The position numbers and the translations under genes were made by a program. Under the pieces are notes generated by a model that was not told the DNA's origin, made no database searches, and saw nothing but the letters and a program-made list of their open reading frames with translations. Below are positions 17,283-25,228 of a DNA stretch of 42,517 nucleotides, in pieces. Source of the stretch: an uncultured Bacilli bacterium (GTDB taxonomy: Bacteria; Bacillota_I; Bacilli_A; RF39; UBA660); NCBI GenBank assembly GCA_947630195.1, contig CANRGQ010000001.1, positions 1 to 42,517 on the forward strand. The letters are read 5' to 3'. Position 1 is the first letter of the stretch; each line of letters opens with the position of its first letter.

Positions 17283-18839
17283 TTATTTTTTATCTTTTTT
17301 GCTTTTGAGTTTATTTAAATCTTTCGTGTTTTGGTCGAAACAATTATTGATAATCTCACTTGCCGAAGTATTATCAATATAATCACATAAACTATCAAAA
17401 TTATGTTTAGCATTAGTTGTACTTTCAGAATAAATTGGTAATTGTAATGGAATGCTTTTGTGGTTATAATTAATTCTTAAACAAGTGATAAAACTATCCT
17501 TATATATATAAGGTTGTATTTTCATAACACTAAATTTAATATTAGATTTAATAAATTCTTTGGTATTACAAACTTTGCCGTTATCAAAGAAAAATTTTTC
17601 AGGATTAGTTTTTTTCGCTTTATGTGTAATTTTATAAAGTTTATTTAACTTTTTTTCAATAGGGGTGTTTAAAAAGTTAGTTTTGATTTTGAATATTAAA
17701 TCTTTAAATAATCCATCTTTAATAAAAGCCGGATCGAAGTTATCCATATTTATTTTAACTTTAACTATTTTATTATTTACTATCTTTTTGCCTTTAATAT
17801 ATTTTTTCTTTTTATTCAATAATTTTATAACATCATTTATATTAAGTTCAACAAAAGTAATAACCTCGTTTTTATCATAATTTTTAAAATCAAATAAAGA
17901 AATATTCTTTAAATCTAATAAATAATAATATTGAAATTCTCTAATTATATAATCTTTTTTAATAGTCTTATTGCATTTTCTTTTTTCAATAAATATCAAA
18001 TCATTATACGAAACATTTAAACCGGTTTCTTCTTTAATTTCTCTAATTCCATTTTTTAAAGTTTCGCCACTTATTAAATGACCTCCGGCAGTTATTTCTA
18101 ATAATTCTTTTGTATTAATATGATTATAAGCCGGATTTTTTAATTGAAAGAAAATTTTATTTTTCTTACTATTAATAATGAAACAGCCAAATACTTTATG
18201 CCAATAACCTAATTGATGAGCCATTGATTTTTCACAATATCCCAACAAGTTCTCTTTGGAATCATAAATATCTATGTATTCAACTTTTTGACTTTTGCCT
18301 TTTTTAAATCTTTTTATAAAACTATTAGCATCAGTAAGCATTGATTTGAATTCTTTAGATAGATTTAAATTATATTGTTTGGCAATTTGAAATGTAATGA
18401 TAAAAATTTTAAATATCCGGTCTTTAACAAAGTCATAACTATTATTAAATCCAAAACGATTTTTTTTAAACCGACAATCATTAATTTCCATTATTGCCTC
18501 AGTTAATTGTCCAAGTAAAATAGTGATACCATTTATATCTTTACAATCATAATTTGAATAGTCTTTGATTTCATACATATTTATACCTAAATTATTAGCA
18601 AGATTTATTAATTGTAAAATAACATCAGATAACTCATCACCTAAATTATTGATGATTCTTTTATCTTCTTTTGTAGAATCAATAGAATATAAAACATTAT
18701 ACACATGACCAACTTGCACATATAATTCGTTTAGGTATGTTTGCGAGTCCCATTTTTTAGATTTTGTTATATTAAAATCATCAACTAATTTTAATGCTTT
18801 TTTATAATTTTCATCTAAAAACTTTATAATTTCTTCCAT
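17283..18839 (-). CDS. MazG-like NTP pyrophosphohydrolase / Nudix hydrolase fusion with an unknown C-terminal domain
   Basis: The N-terminal LGDELSDVILQLINLANNLGINM is a MazG-type EExxE/D helix. The central GGHLISGETLKNGIREIKEETGLNV is a full Nudix box (GX5EX7REUXEEXGU). About 160 C-terminal aa are unassigned. The ATG lies 1 nt after the radical-SAM stop. Confidence 0.75.
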   Translation of the reverse strand: MEEIIKFLDENYKKALKLVDDFNITKSKKWDSQTYLNELYVQVGHVYNVLYSIDSTKEDKRIINNLGDELSDVILQLINLANNLGINMYEIKDYSNYDCKDINGITILLGQLTEAIMEINDCRFKKNRFGFNNSYDFVKDRIFKIFIITFQIAKQYNLNLSKEFKSMLTDANSFIKRFKKGKSQKVEYIDIYDSKENLLGYCEKSMAHQLGYWHKVFGCFIINSKKNKIFFQLKNPAYNHINTKELLEITAGGHLISGETLKNGIREIKEETGLNVSYNDLIFIEKRKCNKTIKKDYIIREFQYYYLLDLKNISLFDFKNYDKNEVITFVELNINDVIKLLNKKKKYIKGKKIVNNKIVKVKINMDNFDPAFIKDGLFKDLIFKIKTNFLNTPIEKKLNKLYKITHKAKKTNPEKFFFDNGKVCNTKEFIKSNIKFSVMKIQPYIYKDSFITCLRINYNHKSIPLQLPIYSESTTNAKHNFDSLCDYIDNTSASEIINNCFDQNTKDLNKLKSKKDKK

Positions 18840-18840
18840 G

Positions 18841-19962
18841 TTATTTGCCTACTTTCAAAATTAATGGTTTTGCCCCATTTAATGTAGAGTTATAGGTATC
18901 GGCAACAATATTATTAGTAGAAACATAAACTTTAACTCCTAAAACATAAGATAGATAAGAAAGGTCACTAATTTTTAAATCCAAATTTTTAATTTCTAAA
19001 CTTTGATATTCATCAAAAACTAATTCAGCTTGACTACTATTAAATCCTAATTTTTCTAATAAATTTAAGCATTGTTCAGTTATTTTGTTTTTATTAATAT
19101 TCTTATGACATTTTTTACATCTTTCTCTTTGCTCTTGGCTACAATGATTATAATTTAAACACTCTTGTGTACCATAATATTGAGTTGATGGTCTTTTTAA
19201 TTTGGTATTAAGTCCACAAGTATTAGTTTGAAATATTTGTTGTGGATGTTGGTAGCCCTTACTAAAATAATTCCAAGCAGAGTCGGTCCAAACACAATTT
19301 GCTTTTAAGCAAGATTCTCGATTATCTTTTATTGCATCCCAAAAGTCTATTTTATCAATAAAAGTTTCAATTAAGGCAAGACCGGTTGTTACTGATACAT
19401 CCGTATAAGGATTAACATTATCAAGTATTTCCTTTATTTTATCAGCATTTGAATTGGCAGGTAAAAAAGGTCTAAAATAATGAATAACGTCAATATTGTT
19501 TTCTTTTAATTTTTTGAAATTATTTAAAAGAGCATTTTCAGATATGCTAGGCTCATAATCTCTGCCTAAACCGGAATAACTTATATAGAATATAACATTT
19601 ATACCTTTTCTTTTTAAATCTAAAACTTTTTTGATAACAATATTAGGAATTGCACATTTAGTAACAATAACTAAATCGTTTTTAACATTATGATTTACTA
19701 ATTCATCAAGTAATTCAAATAGATAACTAATATTATCTAAATTAACAAAAGGGTCAGTATTTGGTAATAAACAAACAGGTATTTTTTCATCATAATATTT
19801 ATATTGCAATAATTTTTCTACTGCCTCTTTTGGGGTAGCAATTTGAGTAGGACAAACTTTGTTGCTATCATTAGCTTGTAATAAACAATACTTACATCTA
19901 TTTGGGCAACCTACAATTGAATTAATTGCTAACCAACTTGAATGCATTTCGATAACTTCCAT
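18841..19962 (-). CDS. Radical SAM enzyme (SplB/COG1533-like architecture)
   Basis: GCPNRCKYC (CxxxCxxC) lies near the N-terminus. A Cys-rich stretch CGLNT...CLNYNHCSQEQRERCKKC follows later. I prefer the ATG at 19962 (MEVIEMHSS), which is preceded by GAGGTGG; the track's GTG at 19971 lies inside that SD. Confidence 0.85.
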   Translation of the reverse strand: MEVIEMHSSWLAINSIVGCPNRCKYCLLQANDSNKVCPTQIATPKEAVEKLLQYKYYDEKIPVCLLPNTDPFVNLDNISYLFELLDELVNHNVKNDLVIVTKCAIPNIVIKKVLDLKRKGINVIFYISYSGLGRDYEPSISENALLNNFKKLKENNIDVIHYFRPFLPANSNADKIKEILDNVNPYTDVSVTTGLALIETFIDKIDFWDAIKDNRESCLKANCVWTDSAWNYFSKGYQHPQQIFQTNTCGLNTKLKRPSTQYYGTQECLNYNHCSQEQRERCKKCHKNINKNKITEQCLNLLEKLGFNSSQAELVFDEYQSLEIKNLDLKISDLSYLSYVLGVKVYVSTNNIVADTYNSTLNGAKPLILKVGK

Positions 19963-20051
19963 CAAAACCACCTCTTAATTGGGGTTATGATAACATAGTT
20001 ATACTTTAAATATAATTAAGCAATTTTACAAAGATATTTGCAATAGTGCAT

Positions 20052-20073
20052 AAAAAAAACTAGCAAGTGCTAG
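20052..20073 (-). terminator. Rho-independent terminator after the LysR gene
   Basis: On the minus strand, CTAGCACTTGCTAG (6-bp stem, includes the TAG stop) is followed by eight T. Confidence 0.6.
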
Positions 20074-20963
20074 TCTATATCTTTAACATTAAACTCTTTT
20101 AACAACTCTTTAGCTGATGGCGAAATGTTTTCTCTTATAAAGGCAATAGATATATCTTTTTTAAGGTCTATATCAAAAGTTAAGATATCTTTATCTTTTA
20201 GAGTGAATCTTTTTGGAAGTAATCCAAAACCTAATCCGCTTTTAACATATTCTAAAATTGAATCGTAACTATTTACCTCTAATGATAAATTCATTTCTAT
20301 ATTTTGTTTTTTTAATAAGGAATTAAAATCGTATCTTTCTTTCTTGGCTGTAATAGGTAATATTAAAGGTAAGTTATCCAAATCTTTTAAACTATTAATA
20401 TTAAGGTTATAATGTTTTTTAGAATAAGCGATACAAAAAGTATCGACATTAATATTTTGCACTTCTATTTTTTTAGAAGTTTGGTCAACATCAATAATGG
20501 TGTCTATAATAAAGTCCATTGAAAATTTAGAAAGTTTATCATATAGGTCATTAGTGGAAGAATTAACAAATTTAATAACAACATTTGGGTATTTGGATTT
20601 AAACTTTTTAATCTTATCTATAACAATATCGTTTTCAACATCTTTGGAAACACCAATCGTTAACTTACCGTTATTTAAATCTTTATTTTGAAGAAAATTT
20701 TTCTCTGTAATATATAATAAATTGTATGCTTTCTCAAATCCCTCAAATAATTCTTTTCCATCCTCGGTCAATTCAAATTTTTGGGAACTAATATTAAATA
20801 GTTTTGTTCCATAGGCTTTCTCTAAATTACTGATGTTTCTTGAAATATTAGACCTATCAATGTTTAATTTTTTAGTGGCTTCAGTAATACTTTTAGATTG
20901 ACCTACTACGACAAAAGTCCTTATGAAGTTTAAATTAATGGTGGGTATTTGTATTTGCTTCAT
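20070..20963 (-). CDS. LysR-family transcriptional regulator
   Basis: 297 aa. The N-terminal winged HTH reads LNFIRTFVVVGQSKSITEATKKLNIDRSNISRNISNLEKAYGTKLF. The C-terminal substrate-binding domain has typical length. Confidence 0.9.
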   Translation of the reverse strand: MKQIQIPTINLNFIRTFVVVGQSKSITEATKKLNIDRSNISRNISNLEKAYGTKLFNISSQKFELTEDGKELFEGFEKAYNLLYITEKNFLQNKDLNNGKLTIGVSKDVENDIVIDKIKKFKSKYPNVVIKFVNSSTNDLYDKLSKFSMDFIIDTIIDVDQTSKKIEVQNINVDTFCIAYSKKHYNLNINSLKDLDNLPLILPITAKKERYDFNSLLKKQNIEMNLSLEVNSYDSILEYVKSGLGFGLLPKRFTLKDKDILTFDIDLKKDISIAFIRENISPSAKELLKEFNVKDID

Positions 20964-21247
20964 TATAAGCCCTCCTCAAATTACTAAATATGATAAATCA
21001 GAGAGCATAAAAAGTCAATAATAATTTATGCAAAAATGCAAAAAAGATATGTTTAAATTGTAAAAATGCAACATAACTATTAAAAAAGATTAAAAGAGTG
21101 TAAATAAATTATTTAATGCTTTTATCGATATGTTCTTTTTGAATTAATATACATCTTTTGATTTTTCTATGGAAATTACAACAAAAAATGGTTTTTTTAT
21201 TGGCTTAGATTATGGCAAATTATAGTAATTGTAGCATTGCTGAGTTA

Positions 21248-21278
21248 TTGACAAAAAGCATACGGGGGGGGGTATAAT
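21248..21278 (+). promoter_or_regulatory. Sigma-A-type promoter: TTGACA, 19-nt spacer, TATAAT
   Basis: Perfect -35 (21248-21253) and perfect -10 (21273-21278), about 90 nt upstream of the 21369 ATG. The spacer is 2 nt longer than the optimum. Confidence 0.6.
21264..21272 (+). repeat. G9 homopolymer abutting the -10 box
   Basis: Read directly as tacGGGGGGGGGtataat. It is the longest G/C run I could find by eye in this AT-rich window; the others are 5 nt or shorter. Confidence 0.9.
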
Positions 21279-21368
21279 AACAATAGAGATAGAGTTTCAT
21301 ATATAATCATAGGCATTATATGAGGATTTTCTGTCAAAAAAATTTTAGAAAGAGAGGAGGAAAAATTA

Positions 21369-22055
21369 ATGGAAAAGAAAAACACAATGTTACTAACAGT
21401 AATCGCAGTAGCCACTTTATTAGTAGCTGTAGTGGGAGCAACATTTGCATATTTTAGTTTAAGTACAACTGGAGGTTCAAATACGACTGCAACAATTAGT
21501 ACTCCTAAAGTTGGTCAAGCATTAATTAGTACAAAGCAAGAATCTTTACAATTAACATTAACAGCACAAGATATGGATAAAAGTAAAGCAGGCACAACAT
21601 ATTATGCTTCAACAGATGGAGCAACAAAGGATAGTGCTACTCCAATTCCAATAGCTGAAGTAACATTATCAGAAGCACAAGATACAGCAAAATATTCATG
21701 TACTACAACTGTCAAAGTGACTGCTGATAATACTGAAGAAGATACTAACATGTTAAGTAGCTTGGAAAAAGGATGGGCTAAATTAACACTAGGTGGAAGT
21801 GTAACTGCAGATATAGATATTGCTGATTTAAAAGACACTAATACTCGAGAAGAAACAGGAACATATGAATTAGAAGTTAGTAGTGCCGGTTCAGTAACTA
21901 AAGATATTTTAAGCGCAGTATTATCATTTACAAATACAGCTGATACTGAAGAAGTACCTAATAGTGGTAACCAAAATGCAGTAGCTGGTAAGACATTAAA
22001 GGTTAAAGTAGAAGTTAAAGAAGGAACATGTACTTTAGCATCAGATGGTGAATAA
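21369..22055 (+). CDS. Secreted T/S-rich protein with SipW-cognate (TasA/camelysin-type) signal peptide, paralog 1
   Basis: In MEKKNTMLLTVIAVATLLVAVVGATFAYFS, the G-x-T-F-A-Y-F-S motif matches the TasA/CalY signal class. AGAGGAGG lies before the ATG. Confidence 0.7.
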   Translation: MEKKNTMLLTVIAVATLLVAVVGATFAYFSLSTTGGSNTTATISTPKVGQALISTKQESLQLTLTAQDMDKSKAGTTYYASTDGATKDSATPIPIAEVTLSEAQDTAKYSCTTTVKVTADNTEEDTNMLSSLEKGWAKLTLGGSVTADIDIADLKDTNTREETGTYELEVSSAGSVTKDILSAVLSFTNTADTEEVPNSGNQNAVAGKTLKVKVEVKEGTCTLASDGE

Positions 22056-22112
22056 TTTTTTATCTAGATAAAAAATTTTATAATACGAAATAATAGAAAA
22101 GAGGTGTAATAA

Positions 22113-22841
22113 ATGGAAAAGAAAAATACAATGTTACTAACAGTAATCGCAGTAGCAACATTATTAGTAGCTGTTGTGGGAGCAACATTTGCGTTCTTTA
22201 GTTTACAAGTGTCTGGAAATAGTACAACAGATGCTACTGTTACAGCTGCTAAAGTTGGTACAGCAACAATAAGTACTGTGGAAGAAAATAAAACTTTAAA
22301 ATTAAGTTTAACAGCTGAAGACATGGCTAAATATACAGATGATAAAGTGTATTATGCTTCAGTAGATGGTACTGCACCCGGAGATTCAACTCCGATAAAA
22401 ATTGCTAATATAGCTTATTCAGGTGGCGAAGCAAATACAACTTACAAGTGTCCCGTTCAAGTAAACGTATCAGTTAGCGGAACTATGCAAGAACATTTAC
22501 AAGAAGGATGGACTCAATTAATACTTCAAGGTGATGCAGTAAATGTAAGTGCTAGTCAATCTCAAAGTAGTGTTGCTGGAACTACTATACAAGATGGTAA
22601 TTTGCAAGTTGATTTGAAAACAGCATTAGCAGTAGGACCACAACAAGGTAGTAAAAAAGTAACTTTTAAAGGTAATGTTACAGTAACTGGTCCAGAAATG
22701 GAAGCTAAAAATATCCTTAGTGCATCATTATCATTAACAAATAAAAATAATGTTGACCAAAGTGCGATTGCCAATAGTGATTTAATTGTTACAATCACTG
22801 TTGAACCAGATGGTGCTTGTACTTTACAAACGACTGATTAG
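22113..22841 (+). CDS. Secreted protein with SipW-cognate (TasA/camelysin-type) signal peptide, paralog 2
   Basis: The first 27 aa are identical to paralog 1 (..VVGATFAFFS). Shared islands include LTAxDMxK, YYASxDG, GWxxLxLxG, ILSAxLSxTN and a C-terminal CTL. Confidence 0.7.
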   Translation: MEKKNTMLLTVIAVATLLVAVVGATFAFFSLQVSGNSTTDATVTAAKVGTATISTVEENKTLKLSLTAEDMAKYTDDKVYYASVDGTAPGDSTPIKIANIAYSGGEANTTYKCPVQVNVSVSGTMQEHLQEGWTQLILQGDAVNVSASQSQSSVAGTTIQDGNLQVDLKTALAVGPQQGSKKVTFKGNVTVTGPEMEAKNILSASLSLTNKNNVDQSAIANSDLIVTITVEPDGACTLQTTD

Positions 22842-23153
22842 TAATAAAAAAAACATATCAAAGATATAAACATTAACCTTTAATATATAGATGTTTATAT
22901 CTTAAAAAAAGAGAAAAAAATTCTTCCTCTTTTAAACATTTTTTAGAAATATTATCCTCAAACTTTTTTTAAAAATGTTTATATCATGAGATTCCCTAGA
23001 AATATTTTTTCTCTTTTTTTAATTTATAAATGCTAATATTTTTTAATAAAATAGAACAATTTATGATATTTTTTTGTTAAATTATTTTATATTATTTTGT
23101 ATTAATTCGTCAGTAATCCGTCAGTAAATATTAAATTTATAGTTTTTGGCAAT

Positions 23154-23176
23154 AAAAAAATGCCTAAAAATAGGCA
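23154..23176 (-). terminator. Hairpin plus T-run downstream of the tRNA remnant
   Basis: On the minus strand, TGCCTATTTTTAGGCA is followed by TTTTTTT. Confidence 0.5.
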
Positions 23177-23206
23177 AATTGTACTTTATATTTTAGTTGC
23201 AGGGCG

Positions 23207-23249
23207 TGTGTGTTGCAGACCCACGCCTTAGCCACTTGGCTACGGCTCC
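23207..23249 (-). pseudogene. tRNA 5'-half remnant (acceptor 5' strand, D-arm, anticodon arm with GCA = Cys); no T-arm or 3' acceptor
   Basis: The minus strand reads GGAGCCG TA GCC AAGTGGCTAA GGC G TGGGT CTGCAAC ACACA. The sequence then diverges (CGCCCTGCAACTAAAATAT...), with no GTTCRAnYC T-loop and no CGGCTCC partner. Confidence 0.55.
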
Positions 23250-23388
23250 ATCAAATAACATTAATATTTTACCTTAAAATAATAGGCATGTCAATTAAGT
23301 TATTAAATTTTATGTGGGTTAGATTTTAATATGAATATTAACTTGATTAATAGATTAAAGATAAGTATAATCATTTAAGAGGTATTTT

Positions 23389-23931
23389 ATGAAAGTATAT
23401 ATAGTAAGACATGGAGAGACAGATTGGAATAAAGAGGGAAGAAGACAAGGGTCTATAGATATTCCTTTAAATGAAAAGGGAATAGAACAAGCAAATATCT
23501 TAAAAGATAAATTAAAAGATATAAAGTTTGATTTATGTATATCATCTCCTTTAAAAAGAGCATACAAGACAGCAGAAATTATCTATGGAAATGATAATAT
23601 TATAACAAATGATTTATTAAAAGAAAGATATTTAGGAGAATATGAAGGAACCACTATTGGGAATAGTAAATTTGATTTCTATTATTATATGAATTATAAA
23701 ATAAATGCTAGTGATCATGGGGTAGAACCTTTTCAAGATTTACTTAAAAGATGTCATATATTTTTAGAGGATTTAAAAAGAAATTATAGGGATTATGAAA
23801 ATATTTTAATTGTTACCCATGGTTTTTGTGGTAAATGTTTATATTATAATTTAGTAGGATATAATGAAGATACAGATTTTAGTGGTTTTAAATTAGAAAA
23901 TTGTGAATATTTTGCTTATGTTATAAAATAA
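23389..23931 (+). CDS. Histidine phosphatase (phosphoglycerate mutase superfamily)
   Basis: The N-terminal VRHGETDWN motif and a later VTHG are the catalytic His signatures. Confidence 0.85.
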   Translation: MKVYIVRHGETDWNKEGRRQGSIDIPLNEKGIEQANILKDKLKDIKFDLCISSPLKRAYKTAEIIYGNDNIITNDLLKERYLGEYEGTTIGNSKFDFYYYMNYKINASDHGVEPFQDLLKRCHIFLEDLKRNYRDYENILIVTHGFCGKCLYYNLVGYNEDTDFSGFKLENCEYFAYVIK

Positions 23932-23970
23932 GGACTATATTAAATAATCCTTATTTTTAAATTTAATTAA

Positions 23971-24996
23971 TTATCCTAACCAAAGTATTTCTAAAACCAT
24001 TAAAATACTGGTTATAAAACTGGTAAGAGAAATAATTAAAGTCATCGTAAAACCATTTTCTTTAACTAATACTCTTTTCTTTCCTTTATCATATTCTAAA
24101 TTTTTATTATCGTAGATGACTTTACCATATTCATCAACATGACCTAGATAATTACCATTTGAATCAAAGACATTACCAACTTCATCAGTTATAACTTCTT
24201 CCTTATTGTTCTCATATTCTTCATTTTGGAGTTCACTAACTTCATTGGCTCGTGTTTCTTTATCTTTTAAATTAGTAACTCTTTCTTCTAATTTTTGTAA
24301 GTAATCATATTCGGAATTATTAATACCTAAGTAAGTATTATCTTCGGTACTTAAACGGAAATTACCGCGGTTATTAAAACTGTCTTGGGTTTTGGATACA
24401 AAAGTATTTTTTAGTTTACCCTTTAGAGTAACTTCTAAAATTATGGGTTCAATTAATTCTTTTTTTAAAGTTTCATTATAATTCATAACCTTACTAATAT
24501 GGGTTATGGTATTTTCATTTTCTTTATAGCCTAGTTTTATTTCACAATATTTTTCGCCAAGAGAAACATCTTTAATATTGAAACTAATCATGGCTTTTAA
24601 GTTTGGTCTTTTATTATTATCGAGACTTTCTAATATTTTATTTTTTAAATCAATTATTTCTTGTAAATCTAACTCGCCAATTCCTTCATTTAATAGTTGG
24701 TCTTTTTCTTCCTCAGTTAAATCGGTACTATTTAAGAATTGTTTTAAAGATTCAAAATCTTTTATGGCTCCACTTTCAACCATTTGTTTAAGTAAGTTTT
24801 TATAATTATCAAGTTTATTATCTTCTTTAAATAAATCACTTCTAATTTTTTTGAGTTCCTCTAAAACATATTCTAACTCTTCGGCAGTTGCTTTAGTTAA
24901 ATTATATCCATCCTTTTTATAAATTTCATACTCCCCATTTTGAATTTGAATGACGTAATTATTACCTTTTTCATCTTTAATGTTAACACTTTCCAT
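23971..24996 (-). CDS. Tail-anchored coiled-coil hypothetical protein
   Basis: 341 aa, E/K-rich, with a single C-terminal TM helix (FTMTLIISLTSFITSILMVLEILWL). AGGAG precedes the ATG. Confidence 0.6.
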   Translation of the reverse strand: MESVNIKDEKGNNYVIQIQNGEYEIYKKDGYNLTKATAEELEYVLEELKKIRSDLFKEDNKLDNYKNLLKQMVESGAIKDFESLKQFLNSTDLTEEEKDQLLNEGIGELDLQEIIDLKNKILESLDNNKRPNLKAMISFNIKDVSLGEKYCEIKLGYKENENTITHISKVMNYNETLKKELIEPIILEVTLKGKLKNTFVSKTQDSFNNRGNFRLSTEDNTYLGINNSEYDYLQKLEERVTNLKDKETRANEVSELQNEEYENNKEEVITDEVGNVFDSNGNYLGHVDEYGKVIYDNKNLEYDKGKKRVLVKENGFTMTLIISLTSFITSILMVLEILWLG

Positions 24997-25089
24997 AAAC
25001 AGTCTCCTAGGATAATTGTACTAAATATTTATTTTTTAGACAATATTCAAGGAAATTTCTTTTACTAATTATTAACATTGGATTTAGAC

Positions 25090-25117
25090 TTGTAAAATAA
25101 AAATAATCAGTTATAAT
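25090..25117 (+). promoter_or_regulatory. Candidate promoter: TTGTAA, 16-nt spacer, TATAAT
   Basis: Read directly. It lies ~110 nt upstream of the 25229 start. Confidence 0.45.
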
Positions 25118-25228
25118 CTAATTTAAATGATTTTTATGTGTTTGCAACCGTATTTTGACAAAAAGATACCGAAAGTTGGTGGTTGCTATTCTAATTTTTT
25201 ATTAAAATGGTAAGTGAGGTGAGGAAAA

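Noticed and set aside
21602-22798. Antisense ORFs (21602-21838, 22064-22324, 22562-22798) opposite the TasA-like paralogs
   Set aside because: They are shadow frames of T/S/A-rich genes. The sense genes have an SD, signal peptides and paralog conservation.
22860-23020. Invertible promoter/shufflon downstream of the TasA-like genes. Basis: inverted repeats AAGATATAAACAT/ATGTTTATATCTT, a third ATGTTTATATC copy, AAAGAGAAAAAA/TTTTTTCTCTTT, and TAGAAATATT twice.
   Set aside because: The first pair is spaced like an ordinary hairpin/terminator. The other repeats are short, AT-rich and low-complexity. No recombinase gene is nearby and no outward promoter is evident.
23150-23260. Intact tRNA gene
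   Set aside because: Only the 5' strand of the acceptor stem, the D-arm and the anticodon arm can be folded. There is no T-arm (GTTCRAnYC) and no complementary 3' acceptor strand. It is reported as a remnant instead.
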